Both the position numbers and the translations under genes were made by a program. Of a stretch of 64,000 bases of DNA, positions 51,338 through 64,000 are shown piece after piece (the stretch's first letter is position 1; each line of letters opens with the position of its first letter). Origin of the DNA: Lama guanicoe. Its lineage: Eukaryota. The notes beneath the pieces are model-generated. The model was given only the letters and a program-made list of their open reading frames with translations. It ran no database searches and was not told where the DNA came from. The stretch spans positions 15,218,851 to 15,282,850 of the forward strand of contig MU056000.1 in assembly GCA_013239625.1 (NCBI GenBank), in the 5' to 3' direction.

Positions 51338-53459
51338 ACTATAAGTCCAACATCTCACTCACTCTTCATTTTAAATGTCTATTCCTAATACTTAAAAGGT
51401 GTGTGAAATATCTTATCCTTCTTTTCTTAGTTTGTTTCCTTTTCAGCAATATTTTCTTAATAAGAAGTTTAGGCCCCTGTGTCTATTTCTCCCTCCTCTT
51501 GTCACTAAAAGCTGCATCACATATGGTGGCTACCACTAGATGTCTTCGAACTCTCATTTAATCAAGATTCCTAGAGTGCAAAAGTAACATGACATTTATT
51601 TTACAAAACAGCTTAAAATGACACCCAAATGAGTGTAACATCTATTAACTAAAACTTCCCATTCAAGTTCAACATATCTGATTATTTGTGTTTAAATTAC
51701 TGTTTTTTCAGTTTCTTAACATCAAGTACCACCGAACTTCTGTATACAACATCTGTTTATCATGGCACAGAGACTGCCAGGACTAGGGAAGTTTAGATAG
51801 CTGAAACTGCCTCCCTATATCACCTTGTATCACCTTGTGATAAAAGCGTCTGTCTGTAGCGTGATTTTTCTTTGTCCACAGATGATCCAGGTGTTCTTTC
51901 AAGTTTCTTTCAAATTAATTTACAAGTTTTATTTAAATTTTTGGTAAATATATATATATATTTATATAACATATTTTATTTTAACAGAGTAATCTTGTTA
52001 TGTTTTTACTGAACCTCAAACAACTTAAACAACGAATATGTAGATGCCTTTTTAACTAATGGGCCTTAAAATGGCATCACATGTTAAAGGATATCAGTCC
52101 CACCCTTAATTGAAAAAGGAAGAATTATACATTTAAAATTCAAATCTCCTCAAGCTAAAAGGAGAGTGTCAAAATTTCCTAGAACATCATGTCTCCCAAT
52201 AATTTCTATATTTTAGAAACAGGTGGATGCTAAGCTTGTTTCAACTCTACACTCTCTTTATGCTATATACATATTTTCATTGAAAACTGTGGATGGTATT
52301 TCTAATCACTCTCCAAAATTGAGTCCACTTTCTTACTTTTAGTGAAAGAGTGAGCGCTCCATTAAGTTTTTGCTGAGCTCATGATGACCCAGTTATGAAT
52401 GAACATTCTCAGTGGGTGCTGAGTTTGATCTAAATCGAGATAAATGGTAAATAAAATAGATCCTCAGCTGCAGTTAAATACATCGCGTCTCTTTATAGGA
52501 ACCAGCACGCACACACTATCTATCACACGTGGTTGAATTCAGGACTACCAGATGAACAGTAAATTTTACCATGTTCTTGTAAAACCATATATTTTGCTGG
52601 TTGTCTCCAGCACACTGGTGGTGAGGGCTGTCTGGGTTAGGCAAATTCAAACTTTATAACTTAAATCACGAGAAGTGGCGTCAACTTATTTGAAACACAA
52701 TAGAAAGACCAACTAGAAGCTTCTAAATATTTATGTAATATTGTTTTCCCAAAAATGTAGGCCCTTATAAAGGTGTGGGTCCCAGGCAACTCAACCAACT
52801 ATGGACCGGTATAAGAAAATGTAGCTTCTATGGTCCCTTAGCACTCTATTTCTTGTTCAATGAGGGAGTTTTTAAATTAAATTAAAAAAAAATACTAGAC
52901 AGTAGTTCTTACTCCAAACACAATCCATTGATACACACTTTGGACTCTGTCTAGGATTTTGACTGCTCATAAAACTGTTTTGACTTTGTCAGAGAAGTTG
53001 CATGAGAATGTACATAGGAACCAATGGTTTCTACTTTATCATCATCTCAACTAAGTAAGCCTAAAATGGGCTTTTCACAGAGATTTGGGTTTATCATTCC
53101 AATAATTGAAAGGCCAATGGCCTAAACAATTGGATAATTCATTCGCCACAGTCTAGGACTATATATCAATATGTATCATTAAGGAGCACTTTAGAATGTA
53201 TCTACATGTTATAAAAACCATTTTTATTTCTACCGAGGTTGATCCATTATCTCCTAAAATCTGGGAAGCAATACTAGTAAAGTAGTCCATAAGCTTGACA
53301 ATATTTTTAAGAAATGGCTGCAAAATTTTTAGAATACTGAGAAGCAGGAACTCAAGACCTCTTAGCATTGAAGTTCTCATTTTTCTGGTCACCCCATGAT
53401 TTTTAATCTAGCCTCTCTGACCACTGCAATATCTCTGCTTAAGTATTACCTTGTTAGTG

Positions 53460-53720
53460 CAGCCACTCCTGGCCACCCCACATTAAAAAGCAATGTCTCT
53501 TTCCTATTATATTCTAATCCATTGCCCTTCTTAGCATTTCTCTACAGTATTGATTAACATCTGATATATGATGTTTTTATACTTTTAAAAAGTGTATTGT
53601 CTGTCTTCAGTTAGAACATAATCTCTTGGAGGATGTCATTTTGCTTGTTCATGATTATGGTCTTAGTTTCTAGAAAAGTGCTTGCGGCATAGTAAGTGCT
53701 TTAGACTTGATGAATGAGTC
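53460..53720 (+). mobile_element. L2 3' end
   Basis: TATTGTCTGTCT...TTTTGCTTGTTCATG...GGCATAGTAAGTGCT...ATGAATGA is the L2 3' terminal signature. Confidence 0.7.
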
Positions 53721-55049
53721 AATAAAGGAGACCAGAAGATGGGAGGCATGCTTGGGCTGTAAGACACCACACTGTTCAGGATTTACATTCCTTTTGACAC
53801 ATTTTATTGATATAATGATATGATGAAAAGGAAGTATCAGAGTAGATGTGAAATTTACCATTTCCAGAAATAAAATGAGCAAATTGTTCCTAAGTATTAT
53901 TTTTGGTGTTTAAGTTTTTCTCTGGTCTTGGGCATAGTTGTCCCATGCTACTGGGACTATATTGTCTGGGATGTCCTCTAACTTATTTTCTCTCTGATAT
54001 CCCATCCTTTTCTGCACTAAAATCAATAAAGACATAGCCTCAAACACAATAATTTCACAATTACTTTTAGCTAGTATGGCATCAATATAGTGAGTGACTC
54101 TAGCATTTGAATGGGATTTAGGCCACTTGTTTAAAGCCTACCTCACTGAATTATAATATCATTCCAGATGATTTAAATACCCAAGTGGTTGGACAAACAG
54201 TCAATCAAACTGCTGGCCCTGCAAGGAAAAAAGCCAATTACTCTTGATATGCAGAACTAACAGTGGCTCCTAAGATCACATAAGCCTAATCAATGACTGC
54301 ACACCAATCAGGAGTAATTAAGAACCATCTTTCAGTGCAAAATTATGGTCAGTCACAGTTCTCCTCTAATTGCTGCCACCTTTCCTTAATCTATAAGTGA
54401 TTCCAATTATATTATATAAATAATGGCCAAAACTTATCTCACTTCTGTATCAGCTTAATTAAGATTATAATTATAAGAGTGTTGCCGTTGGGCATAACCT
54501 ACTCCTCTGGTGTGTCCACGTTAGAATGAAAACTTTGCCTGTCGCCTCTAAAATATGACAACCATGGTTTCATATTTATGACTTCATTGTGGCAGCAGGT
54601 CTTGGGGGAGCTGCCGTTTTGCATTTGCAATGAAAACGTTGCTGCACTGTTTCTCATCATCCTTTCAAGTAAGAAGACTTTTTCTCCCCCTCTAGAACCA
54701 CAATAAACCAATCCTGCTATCAGTTTGAAGAATGGGGAAACCTGGACAGAAAACCACCTTGGTTCTCTATGTATCAACTTAGAAACTTAATAAAATCCTG
54801 CTGCTGCAAATTCTTTCTCTTCAGTATCCCTAATCTCTAACATAATCTCTACTTCCAAAAGTTCCCGAGTGTTTGAATGCTCGTGTTTAACAGACACGTT
54901 TGGACTTGGGTACAGAATTCATGGTCTCTACTAGAGATTTCTGTAAGTCATTGGTCTAGAGGCATAGACATAGGGACACATTCAATGAAGAGTTTTAAGG
55001 CAATTCCAGGTTCCTCTGGTCTTCGTTGCTGCGGTTTTTGATCCTTAGG

Positions 55050-55050
<1 letters not shown>

Positions 55051-55080
<30 letters not shown>
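55051..55080. repeat. (TG)15 microsatellite
   Basis: Perfect dinucleotide run read directly. Confidence 0.98.
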
Positions 55081-55082
<2 letters not shown>

Positions 55083-55135
55083 GTCTCTGTTGTGGTTGCT
55101 GTTGTTCTCATCATTAACAGGCAGAGACTGACATT

Positions 55136-55584
55136 TGCATTAGTTTCCTAGGGCTGCCTTAACAAAGTACCACAAACTGGTTGGCTTAAAACAACAGAAA
55201 TTTATTGTCTCACAATTTTGGATATTAGAAGCCCCAAATCATGGTGTCTGCAGGGCCATGTTGCTTCTGAAAACTATAAAGGAATTCTTCCTGGATTATG
55301 GGGGTTTGCCAGCAACCTTTGGTGTTACCTGGCTTGTAGATATGCCACTGTAGTCCTCAGTCCCCACATGGCACTCTTCCTGTGTTTCTGTCTTCCTTCA
55401 ACCATCTTATAAGGATACCAATCTTAAAGGACTAGGGACCCTCCCTACTGAAGTGTATTCTCATCTTAATTCAACTAATGATGCCTGCAATGACCTTATT
55501 TCTAAGTAAGGTCACATTCTGAGGTACTGGGGATTAGCAATTTAACATACCTGTTTTTTGAGGGACACAATTGAACCCATAACA
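55136..55584 (-). mobile_element. MLT1B/C-like MaLR solo LTR
   Basis: Runs TGCATTAGTTTCCTAGGGCTGCC...AACAACAGAAATTTATT...AAGGTCACATTCTGAGGTACTGGGG...GGACACAATTGAACCCATAACA. Confidence 0.88.
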
Positions 55585-56457
55585 ACTTACTTTCTTTGTT
55601 TCCCTCAGTTTGGTCCCTTGTTGTGGGAGGAGTGCTTGCCAGCAAGATTGTGGCTGCCATTTTGGGCAACTCCTCTTCACATCCCTCTGCCAGAAGTTAC
55701 CACGTGTATAGTCAAGGCCTTAGACTCCAAAGTTCCAAAACTAGTGACCTCAGGCAGACACCAGTCTCCATCTAGAGTAGGTAATTGCCATGTTGGATGA
55801 GTAAATCCATCATGGACCATTTCTTATAAACCAGGTTTAGCTCATCCTCAGTCAAAAGCTGGTAGCAAGATAGAGTACCTTTAAGAAAGTAAGTTTATTT
55901 GGAGTTCAATGAGAGGAAAATCATTTTGTTGAGCATTTAATTAACTGCATAAGATGATGAAGATAAGTATGGAGATTTTCTTCATGAATTTCCTAAAATT
56001 TTATCTTAAAATTTTTTTCCACAGGCAGGGGATCATTACTTACACATTCACAAAATAGTGCATTGCAATCTACCTGATATATCCACCCTTGGGCCATATT
56101 CAGGACATTTTCATTGAGGGCCACCAAAGTCCCTCATTTAGCCCTGTCTGGCAAGATCTGTGTATCTTGTTTAATTTTACAGTCACCAGAATAGCATGAC
56201 ACCTGCCATGCCTACAAGAAATTGGCAATATGTATTACTGTTAATTATTGCTGTTACCAGTTGACAGTAATTGAAATTACTGTATGAATCTGATGGTTTA
56301 TATACAACTTTTAAATGATGCCTACCTGAGACAAAATTTCTTGAAGAAGGAAGAAAAATAAGTCTGAGCTGTGAGAAGACAGCTTGACTTGCCCTGCCCT
56401 ACTCAGGCCTCTGGGGTTAGGACTATCTAAAGTTTAATAACAATTCTAAGCTGCTGA

Positions 56458-56594
56458 TGTTTTGGTTTTTGTTTTTTGTTTTCCAAATTTTTATTGAAGT
56501 AGAGTTGATTTACAATGTTGTATTAGTTTCTGGTATACAGCAAAGTGAAAAATGTTTTTCTTTTTTTTATTACAGGATATTGAATATAGTTCCC
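56458..56594 (-). mobile_element. Short, 5'-truncated young L1 3' end
   Basis: T-rich tail followed by TTTATTGAAGTAGAGTTGATTTACAATGTTG. The TSD is TTCTAAGCTGCTG (56444-56456) / TTCTAAGCTACTG (56595-56607). Confidence 0.85.
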
Positions 56595-56607
56595 TTCTAA
56601 GCTACTG

Positions 56608-57005
56608 GTTTAGTCATTTGTTTCTATGTAACAAACCAATGCAAAATAATAATTTATTATTTTTCATGATTTTGTGAGTTTCCTTGGGCTCAGCTGTACA
56701 GTTCTTCTGGTCTCACTTGGAGTCTCCCTCAAGCTGCATTCAGCTGAAAGATTGAGATATGGTATTTCATTTTCAAAGTACTCTCCACATGGTCTTCAGC
56801 CACTCAACAGTCTAACCTGGCTTCCATATAGCATGGCTACTGGGCTCCACAACAGCATGTCTCTCCTGCCACATTTCACCTGTCAAAGCAAGACACAGGC
56901 TGATCCCAAATCTAGAGGGATATGAATAGATGCATCTCTATGTGAGGAGTGGCACATGCATACATATTGGGAGGAACTGTTAGCAGTCATAGTTAGAAAC
57001 TACTT
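56608..57005 (-). mobile_element. MLT1 (G/H-like) LTR
   Basis: Contains ATGTAACAAACCA, GGGCTCAGCTG...TTCTTCTGGTCTCACTTGG and TCAAAGCAAGACACAGGC. Confidence 0.65.
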
Positions 57006-57424
57006 AGATCAAGTAGTACCCGCCAATATTGTCACTAATTCCAGTTCTTTCTTTTAATAAATTACAATATTCTACTGTATCCAATCAGGAGAGTAAAATC
57101 ACAGGATAATTAAACAAGGAGACTTCTATATAAAAAGGTTGAATTACAAGAGAGGATTGGAATAATGAGGGCTTGTCTATTAAAGGGAGGACTCTAAAAA
57201 ACAGAGGACTAGCAAATCTGAATTCAGATACCAAAGTAAAAGATAGCTTCCACCCCGTGGAGCTGAACATGATAACAGCTTTGAAGGAAAGAAGTATTCT
57301 ATTTATAAACACTTCCACTCAGGTAAAAATTATGGACAGTGATGGTATATAATTACAACATATTTTCTTTGTTCAAGTCACTGAGAAATTTTTTTCTATT
57401 AAAAACTAGAAATACGGAAATAGC

Positions 57425-57820
57425 AAATAAGATGAACAAGTTTTGGGGATCTAATGTAAAACATGGTGATTATAGTTAATCATACTGTATTATATACTTG
57501 GAAGTTGCCAACAGAGTGGATCTGAAATGTTCTCACTACAAAAAAGAAATGTAGTAACCTATAACAAAAAAGAATATGAAAAGAAATATGTATGTATATG
57601 TATGACTGAAACATTATGCTGTACACCAAAAATTGACACGTAAACTGATTATACTTCAGTAAAAAAAGAAAAAAAATAGTAGTATGTGACTTGATGGAGG
57701 TGTTAGCTAACCCTGTGGTGGTAATCATTTTGCAATATATATGTGTCAAATCAACACGTTGTACACCTTAAACTTACATAAGGTTATATGCCAATTATAT
57801 TTCAATAAAGCTGAGATAAA
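57425..57820 (+). mobile_element. L1MA9-like 3' end containing a nested younger L1 tail
   Basis: GGGATCTAATGTAAAACATGGTGATTATAGTTAAT...ACACCTTAAACTTACA...TCAATAAAGCTG, interrupted at ~57550-57680. Confidence 0.85.
57551..57676 (+). mobile_element. Young lineage-specific L1 3' tail inserted in the older L1
   Basis: AAAAAGAATATGAAAAG...TATGACTGAAACATTATGCTGTACACC...ATACTTCAGT followed by an A-tail. The flanks are A-rich and both end in GTAGTA. Confidence 0.75.
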
Positions 57821-58499
57821 AGAAATTTTCAAAAAGAAAATAGCAAGTATGATTATTTCTGATGGGAATAAAGAATGTTGATAAGCAGTACGGATTTGAA
57901 TTTATTTTACTTTATTGAAAAAAATGTACAAATTACTTCCATGATTTAAATGTCTAGACATCTTTGCAGCATCTCCTTTTAGGAAAAATGCCAAGTTTTA
58001 CTCCATTTTTCCTAGAAGAAGAAAGAATCATCTCATAGCCAATTTTCTGAGATTCTTGGCTTAAAAATAATATTTTCTAAACATGTCTTTAAAATGTTTA
58101 GGCCATGTTAAATCATAGCTGTCTTGGAAAATGTTGAATAAAAATCAGTGAGTATTTTTCTCATACAGATTTAAGTCTTAAAGATAGCATCTCTAGAAAA
58201 ATCCAAAAAATATAAAAAACTTTTAAGGATATACATTTGCTTTTAATAGCCTTAGTAAAACACGTAACAACCTCCATTGTTAGTAAAAATTCCTCTGGGT
58301 TTCATAATTTTAGACTACAAATAATATCTTAATCCTCCATATTTTGACTCAAAGGACATTTAGTCATTATTGTTTGACACTGAAAATTTTATCTTTCTTC
58401 TCCTGTTTATATAGACTATTAAACTAAAATATGCAAAATAATAACAATTATACTAAAGACTTAAATGGGGATTGAAATAAGTAAATCTAAGAAACAAGA

Positions 58500-59161
58500 T
58501 GTTGCTGATGACTAGTTTCTTATCCTGTCACAGGAAGAATTCAGGGACAAGACACAGAGGTCAAGAAAGTAAACTAAGGATTTATTAAGAGAAGGACTTA
58601 TTAAGGGATAGACAGTACACTCTCAAGGGGAGAGCAGGCAGACTCAGGTGAGCAGCTGCCCTGACTTTCTTTGGAAAGTTGATTGCATAGAGTGTGAAAA
58701 TGAATGGGTGGAGTATTGATTGGGCAGGGGAGGGTTTGGAGTTGTATTTCCTGGTTTTCATCCCAACTCCAACTTCCCGAAGGGAGGAGGGATTTTTCTG
58801 TCTTTATTTAGTCTGGATTGAAAGTATCATGGTGCCAGTGCATGATGGGTACTTTTAATCTGCAAAGCTAATTTTATTATAATGAGGGCATAATGAGCAA
58901 AAGATTACATTTGGACACTGGAGATTCCTGCCCCTTCCCACTTTTCTTTGTTGGCCTTCAGGCCACTTGTCACCCCAAAATGTGTGATTTCTTATCAGTC
59001 CAGAAGTTCCTGCTTTTCTCTGTCTACCCAGGGACCCCTGTTGTTTACATGATATATGGTATTCTGCATTTGGCCTGTGCACCTCCTTTCTTCTCAGTTC
59101 CTGCCATTTGGCCTGTGTCCCCCTTTCCCTGCTCATATCTAGCTATCTGTCTGCTGTGACA
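58500..59161 (-). mobile_element. Solo LTR of the same family as 26383-27040
   Basis: Termini are TGTTGCTGA...GCTGTGACA. It is colinear with the ERV LTR, sharing for example GCTCATATCTAGCTATCTG and CAGGCCACTTGTCACCCCAAAA. No internal viral sequence is adjacent. Confidence 0.92.
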
Positions 59162-59653
59162 AAACCACCAGTTATAGATAACCTTATAAGAAAAAGCTAA
59201 AATATTTCTTAGGTATTAGTTAGAAAATAACTAACTGTCTTCATTTGTCTACTTCATAGCAAAAAGTACTTCTGGATGGCATCATCACAAACAATATCAA
59301 TTATGAAAATACACACATACTAACAATCACTAACCATTACCACAGTAGACAATTTGAGGAAGCACACTTAGCTTGAAAATATCAAAAAGAAATTATATGA
59401 ATGTTACAAAGCAGTAGAGAAAAATAATTTTTAAAAACTCAGCTGATTGGGATTGGGAAGATAATGAAGTTAAGGGTGGGTGTGGTGGTTATCTGGAAAA
59501 ACATAGACAGTACACCAAAAGAATAAATACAAATAAAAACATTTAAAATTGCTTTTGAAAAAAAGTTATATTATTCAAAGCTGATAGAATAAAACATCTT
59601 TGGCAAAATATAAATCTGCAAATGGTTTTGCCTGTGACAATCAGCTTTGGTAG

Positions 59654-60101
59654 TGTGAAAGAAAAATCAAAATGGAGTCAGTATTGCTAAGAGAGCTCCC
59701 TAAAATGGAGCCAGGAAGCCATTGAGGAAGTGGGACATTTGCAGGTCTCAGCCTGGTGGAATCGGAGCTTTTGACCACTTGTTGTCTTAATGTTGCCATT
59801 CAGAAGCTTCACACAATCTTTCAGAAAATCAAGATACTTATCAGACTCTTACTCTAAAATATCTAGTAATATCTTATCTTTAAGGACAAATGTTTCCTTT
59901 TTGTATCAGAGCCAATCATATTTCTTGCAAGAAAACTTTAACAACCTTGTGGCTTTTGCCTTTATAAGCTTCTGAATCTTTCCCTTTCCCCCATCACTCT
60001 TTAGGTTTTACTTGAATCTGTGCCTCTTGAAGTACAATCCCCAAGACCCCCAAATAAAGCTCTTTGTTCTTTGCAGCCTCTATACTAATACTTATTCAAC
60101 A
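59654..60101 (+). mobile_element. Solo ERV1-type LTR
   Basis: Starts TGTGAAAG...AAAATGGAGTC. Has CCAAT (~59912), TTTATAAG (~59961) and AATAAA (~60053), and ends TTCAACA. No clean TSD. Confidence 0.75.
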
Positions 60102-60572
60102 AGAAATAACATCAGAAGAGCAAACCCACTATAACTTAAGCATAATTGTCAAAATTTAATATAGAGTAAAACAAATAGATGAATCAAATAACAATTGTAA
60201 AATTTCAATATCCTGGTGAAAATAATTATATACATGGTATAAGTTAAATAGCAAAACTAAATGCAAGTATTTTAAACACAATGCACCAAAAAATGATAAA
60301 AAGAATTAAATTAACACAATAGAGTTTGCACCAGAAATATATTTTCTATGAAAATTCATTAATTCTATAGGAAAGGATAGAAATATTTGATTTCATTAAG
60401 CAGAGGGTCAAAATCATCATGAGAAAAACATCCAGATTAAAATGTTCATGTCTGGCAGTGCTAAAAAGATGGGATTTAAGTGGCAGAGTCAACATTTCTT
60501 AAGTCCAGATAGAAAGGTGATTCAGGGAACGCTTGTAGTCTCTAACTAGCCAAAGAGAAACCAGGATGTTAA

Positions 60573-60644
60573 ATTTGGCTGTGCTTGCAAAGAAATACTC
60601 AGGAAAATAAAGAAGCAATTATCGGTGAGCTAAGTTTCAGGCTT
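60573..60644 (+). repeat. 72-bp direct repeat, copy 1 (likely donor)
   Basis: Identical to 61181-61252 by direct comparison. Confidence 0.95.
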
Positions 60645-61180
60645 CTTTAGCTCACTGTTTTTGTATTCATATAATGAATGAACAGCATTGTCAAGAGCAC
60701 TTTAAAGTGCCTTAGGATAGGACTGGCATCCAGCCAGGAAATTCTGCAAATGCAGTTCCGAGGGGAATAAAAAAGAAAGATAGAAGCACAGAGTGGGAGC
60801 TGTATTTTGTATTGCCTTTGTCTTTTTTTGTACAATCTCAGAATACTTTTGCAAATCAGTTTCTACAGCAATAGGACTCAGATTCTGGATTTTCTCTTGA
60901 AAAAAAAACATGACCTACTGAGGTTACAGTTAGAAAATCTCCAGCAGCTGGTGTAAAATGCACCGAACAGCCCATAAATTGCATTTGTCCCAGAGCTGAC
61001 AGCCCCATAGAATTACTCTGGAATTACGCACATTTCAAAGATATTTCTCATTCCCCAAATAAAGTAACCTAATTATGATAGTATTATAATCACCATAGAC
61101 AACAAGTTATTAAAATTTTTCTAGTGGATCTCATTAAGTACACTCTTTGAGGAGATATATATATATATATATATGTATAC

Positions 61181-61252
61181 ATTTGGCTGTGCTTGCAAAG
61201 AAATACTCAGGAAAATAAAGAAGCAATTATCGGTGAGCTAAGTTTCAGGCTT
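61181..61252 (+). repeat. 72-bp direct repeat, copy 2, embedded in an (AT)n tract
   Basis: Identical to 60573-60644. Preceded by (AT)10-GTATAC and followed by ATGTAATTCTGTATATATATA. Confidence 0.95.
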
Positions 61253-64000
61253 ATGTAATTCTGTATATATATAAAACAGTGTCTGTGCTGGCAATGGAGC
61301 CAAAGATAGAGGAAACTCCAAGATATACAGAGCTCAGAAGTCTGTAGACAAAGAGGCCGGTGGAGAAAAAGAGCAGGAGAGTGCATTCTTTGGGTCAAGG
61401 TTGAGCTACTTTGTGATGCAAGGAGACCCTTCAACCTAAATATAATGCGTTTTGGATGAGTGTAAAGAGTTGAATTACTAGAGAAGGGATCCTTGTGTGA
61501 AAATCAGCCATTCTGTTTGGCAAGTGGCAAAGGTAAGGTGTGACGTGGTGCTGGAAAAGGTGAAACTTCCTAGAACGTAAACAATACCTGCCCTTACACA
61601 TGTTTCAAGTTTTCTGATGTCCTGTTCCTCCTGAGACTCTGCTTCTGCTCTGAAGCAAAGCCTCTTTGGAGCACATTATCGTACTTAGACAAAACACTGC
61701 ATTCTTGGAATAGAAAGAATACGCCGGGAAACACAGGCCCTAAACACGCTCAAAATTAACTTATCAAAAATGTAAATTTCTGCTATAGTCTGGGAAGGGG
61801 ATGATAGATAAGAGATACTGGGAAGAAAATATCTAGAGTTGAAAGTTCTTGGACAGTGGCAGCCAAAGGTAACTAACATTTTTATCCAGGAAAAGTGCAG
61901 GGTATGTTATGTGCAAGTTCATTTTCAAACTGGGAATGAAAATTCTCAAGATTCTCCTGGCCAACAAACAAACAAATAAACAAAAAGCAAATAAGAAAAT
62001 CAAGCAGGATAAATTACCCTTCATACCACGTGGCTAGCCCTAAAAACAGAAGAAAAGGTCCTATCACCACCAGGACAGAATTACAGGAAAAGCCAAAAGC
62101 AACAAGTATGTAGAAGGGGAAAAAAAAAAAAAAAATCTGACGAGTAGCTGCAGATAAGCCGGAAGAGAAGTAAAACAGAATGAAACAAAACACTGAACTT
62201 TACATTTCAAATGATAAACACAGTGATTAACATATCTTTGAACAGTAAACTCTTAAAGGCAATTCAAAACACAAAAGAGGAGTAGGAAGTGGAGCAGAGT
62301 TTAGATATCGCCTGCCTCAAGCAGTTTGCTACAGGTCTAGCTGAGAAACAGGGAAAAATATGCAAAGTCTTTCAGTCCCCAAAGGTCTAAAATAGCTCTA
62401 TGTGAAAATGCTTTTCTCTAATGGTAAACTGGAAGCCATAACTTAGTTTGTGAGCTAAACTGGCCTTTCTAACACCTTCCCTCTCCATGTACCAGTTCAG
62501 GCTCTGGAAGTGTCCATCTGTTTCTGCAAACTCATTTATCTAGGTTGAAAACTACAACTCCTACAGGGGAGGAGAGGAAAGCAGGAGACTGAGTCCCCAC
62601 ACTCAGGTCATTTGATTCCTTTCCCTATTGTCTGTGGGACACAATGTTCTGGGGTAGGAGCATGGAGTGACTCAAGTGGTCAGGAGAGTTTAGGAAATTT
62701 TCTACTCATAGAAATGAATGAAATGAGCAGAATTATTCTATGCCAAGTATATAAAGCTGACTAAACTGTAATAAAAGAGTTTTAGAGGAATGACTTAGAT
62801 TACTCTGCTCTAATCTTTTTTAACAGCCTAACCTAGGTATGAGATGTTATGACATTAATATATACTCACATCACTTCCACTTTCCATGATGATAAATCTG
62901 TGTATATTTCACTTAAAGTAAGGCCTTGAAGTTCAGCTGCCAATATCTGTCTATGGGTTCTTGGGAGAGGAGAAATAACTACATTAATTCCATCATTTGT
63001 TTATTATGGGACTAAAACAGTAAAAAGAAAAAAATGAAGTGTTATTGGAAGATATATTTTTAATATATTACAATAATAATTTATTATTATTGTTGCTATT
63101 TTGCTGTTATTAGCATTTGTGTTGTGATAGAAAGCACCTTAAAACTTATTTCCAGAACAAGGAAAGATATAAACAGTCCATCCAAATGAAACACAAAATT
63201 CAACTTTTTGACAGATATCTTAAGTTTTTAAGATGAATTTACTGAAAAAGTGACTCATTAACATTTTAGCACATTACTTTCTATTTTTCTATGTATTTCT
63301 ACATGTAACCTTATTCGTGTAACAAAATATATTAAATGTTAGTAAGCAGAAAAGTGATTCTTTTTTAAAATGTTAAATATTTGCTACTTTCAATCACATG
63401 GATTTTTCTTAACAGTATGTTAGCGCAAAATATATATTTAATTAATTCTTAGCAAACAATTAAAAATTGATGCATTTGTTTGAGTTCCTGACATTCACCT
63501 GAAATTTCTCATGGGGGGAAAAAGATTCTTCACTTTCAAGAAGTCACTAAAAATGCTATACTCTTTGTAGAAAGTAATCACAAAAATTCAGCATAAAGTA
63601 AATATAAAAAAAAAGACAAGAATGTCTCCAACCTGTTGATATTTAATTTGAATACAGCAAAGTGGATTTTGAAACAGTACTCGTTTTCACACTATGTTAC
63701 ACAGATAGATCTATGCTTTGTTGATACTATGACATCTGTTACTCTCTCTCTTCACTGTTTAAAGATAATTGATAAAAGTCAGAATTGAAAAAAGAACTGT
63801 TTTTACACATAACAATATAAATCTTAAAGATAAATTGATGGATTTAGTTGAAGAGAAAATGCATAAACCATGAGATTCCAATTGCAACTACTTATCTTAA
63901 TATTTGGAAATACAGTTATGAAAATGCTACTCCAGCTAAGCAGAGAAATATCTTCTCTCACATGCACCTGCTCTGATTTTGCACTGAAGTAGAAGGAAAA

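Noticed and set aside
1..64000. Host protein-coding gene, operon, CRISPR array or prokaryotic defence system
   Set aside because: The sequence is mammalian repeat-rich DNA. The short ORFs lie mostly in repeats or low-complexity AT-rich sequence. I saw no exon series with a recognisable protein and no regularly spaced repeat-spacer array. Small exons could have been missed.

Overview
This is mammalian genomic DNA, not prokaryotic. It is AT-rich, CpG-depleted and dominated by repeats, and looks like an intergenic or deep-intronic region. A tRNA-derived SINE resembling camelid Vic-1, young L1 3' ends, and no recognisable Alu, B1, BovB or PRE-1 suggest a camelid genome (inference). I found no convincing host exon, RNA gene or CRISPR array, and nearly all ORFs in the track are spurious or repeat-derived. 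The main coding relic is a defective class I (gamma-like) endogenous retrovirus on the minus strand (26383-~29465). It has a 3' LTR, a polypurine tract, an env remnant resembling the primate ERV-V/EnvV type, and a 351-codon open RT frame fused by internal deletion to env SU. Its 5' half is missing and it is flanked by an 11-bp direct repeat. Other notable structures are: a two- and three-level nested LTR cluster (162-3131), a polyadenylated composite retroposon (7776-8256), a twin-priming L1 inversion (42566-42876), a perfect 72-bp templated copy inside an (AT)n tract (61181-61252), a probable ancient RTE-type RT fossil (~38230-38600), and several candidate conserved non-coding elements. Repeat family names come from my recall of consensus sequences, not from a database search. 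I do not see a functional novel system, and the findings concern mechanisms and fossils.
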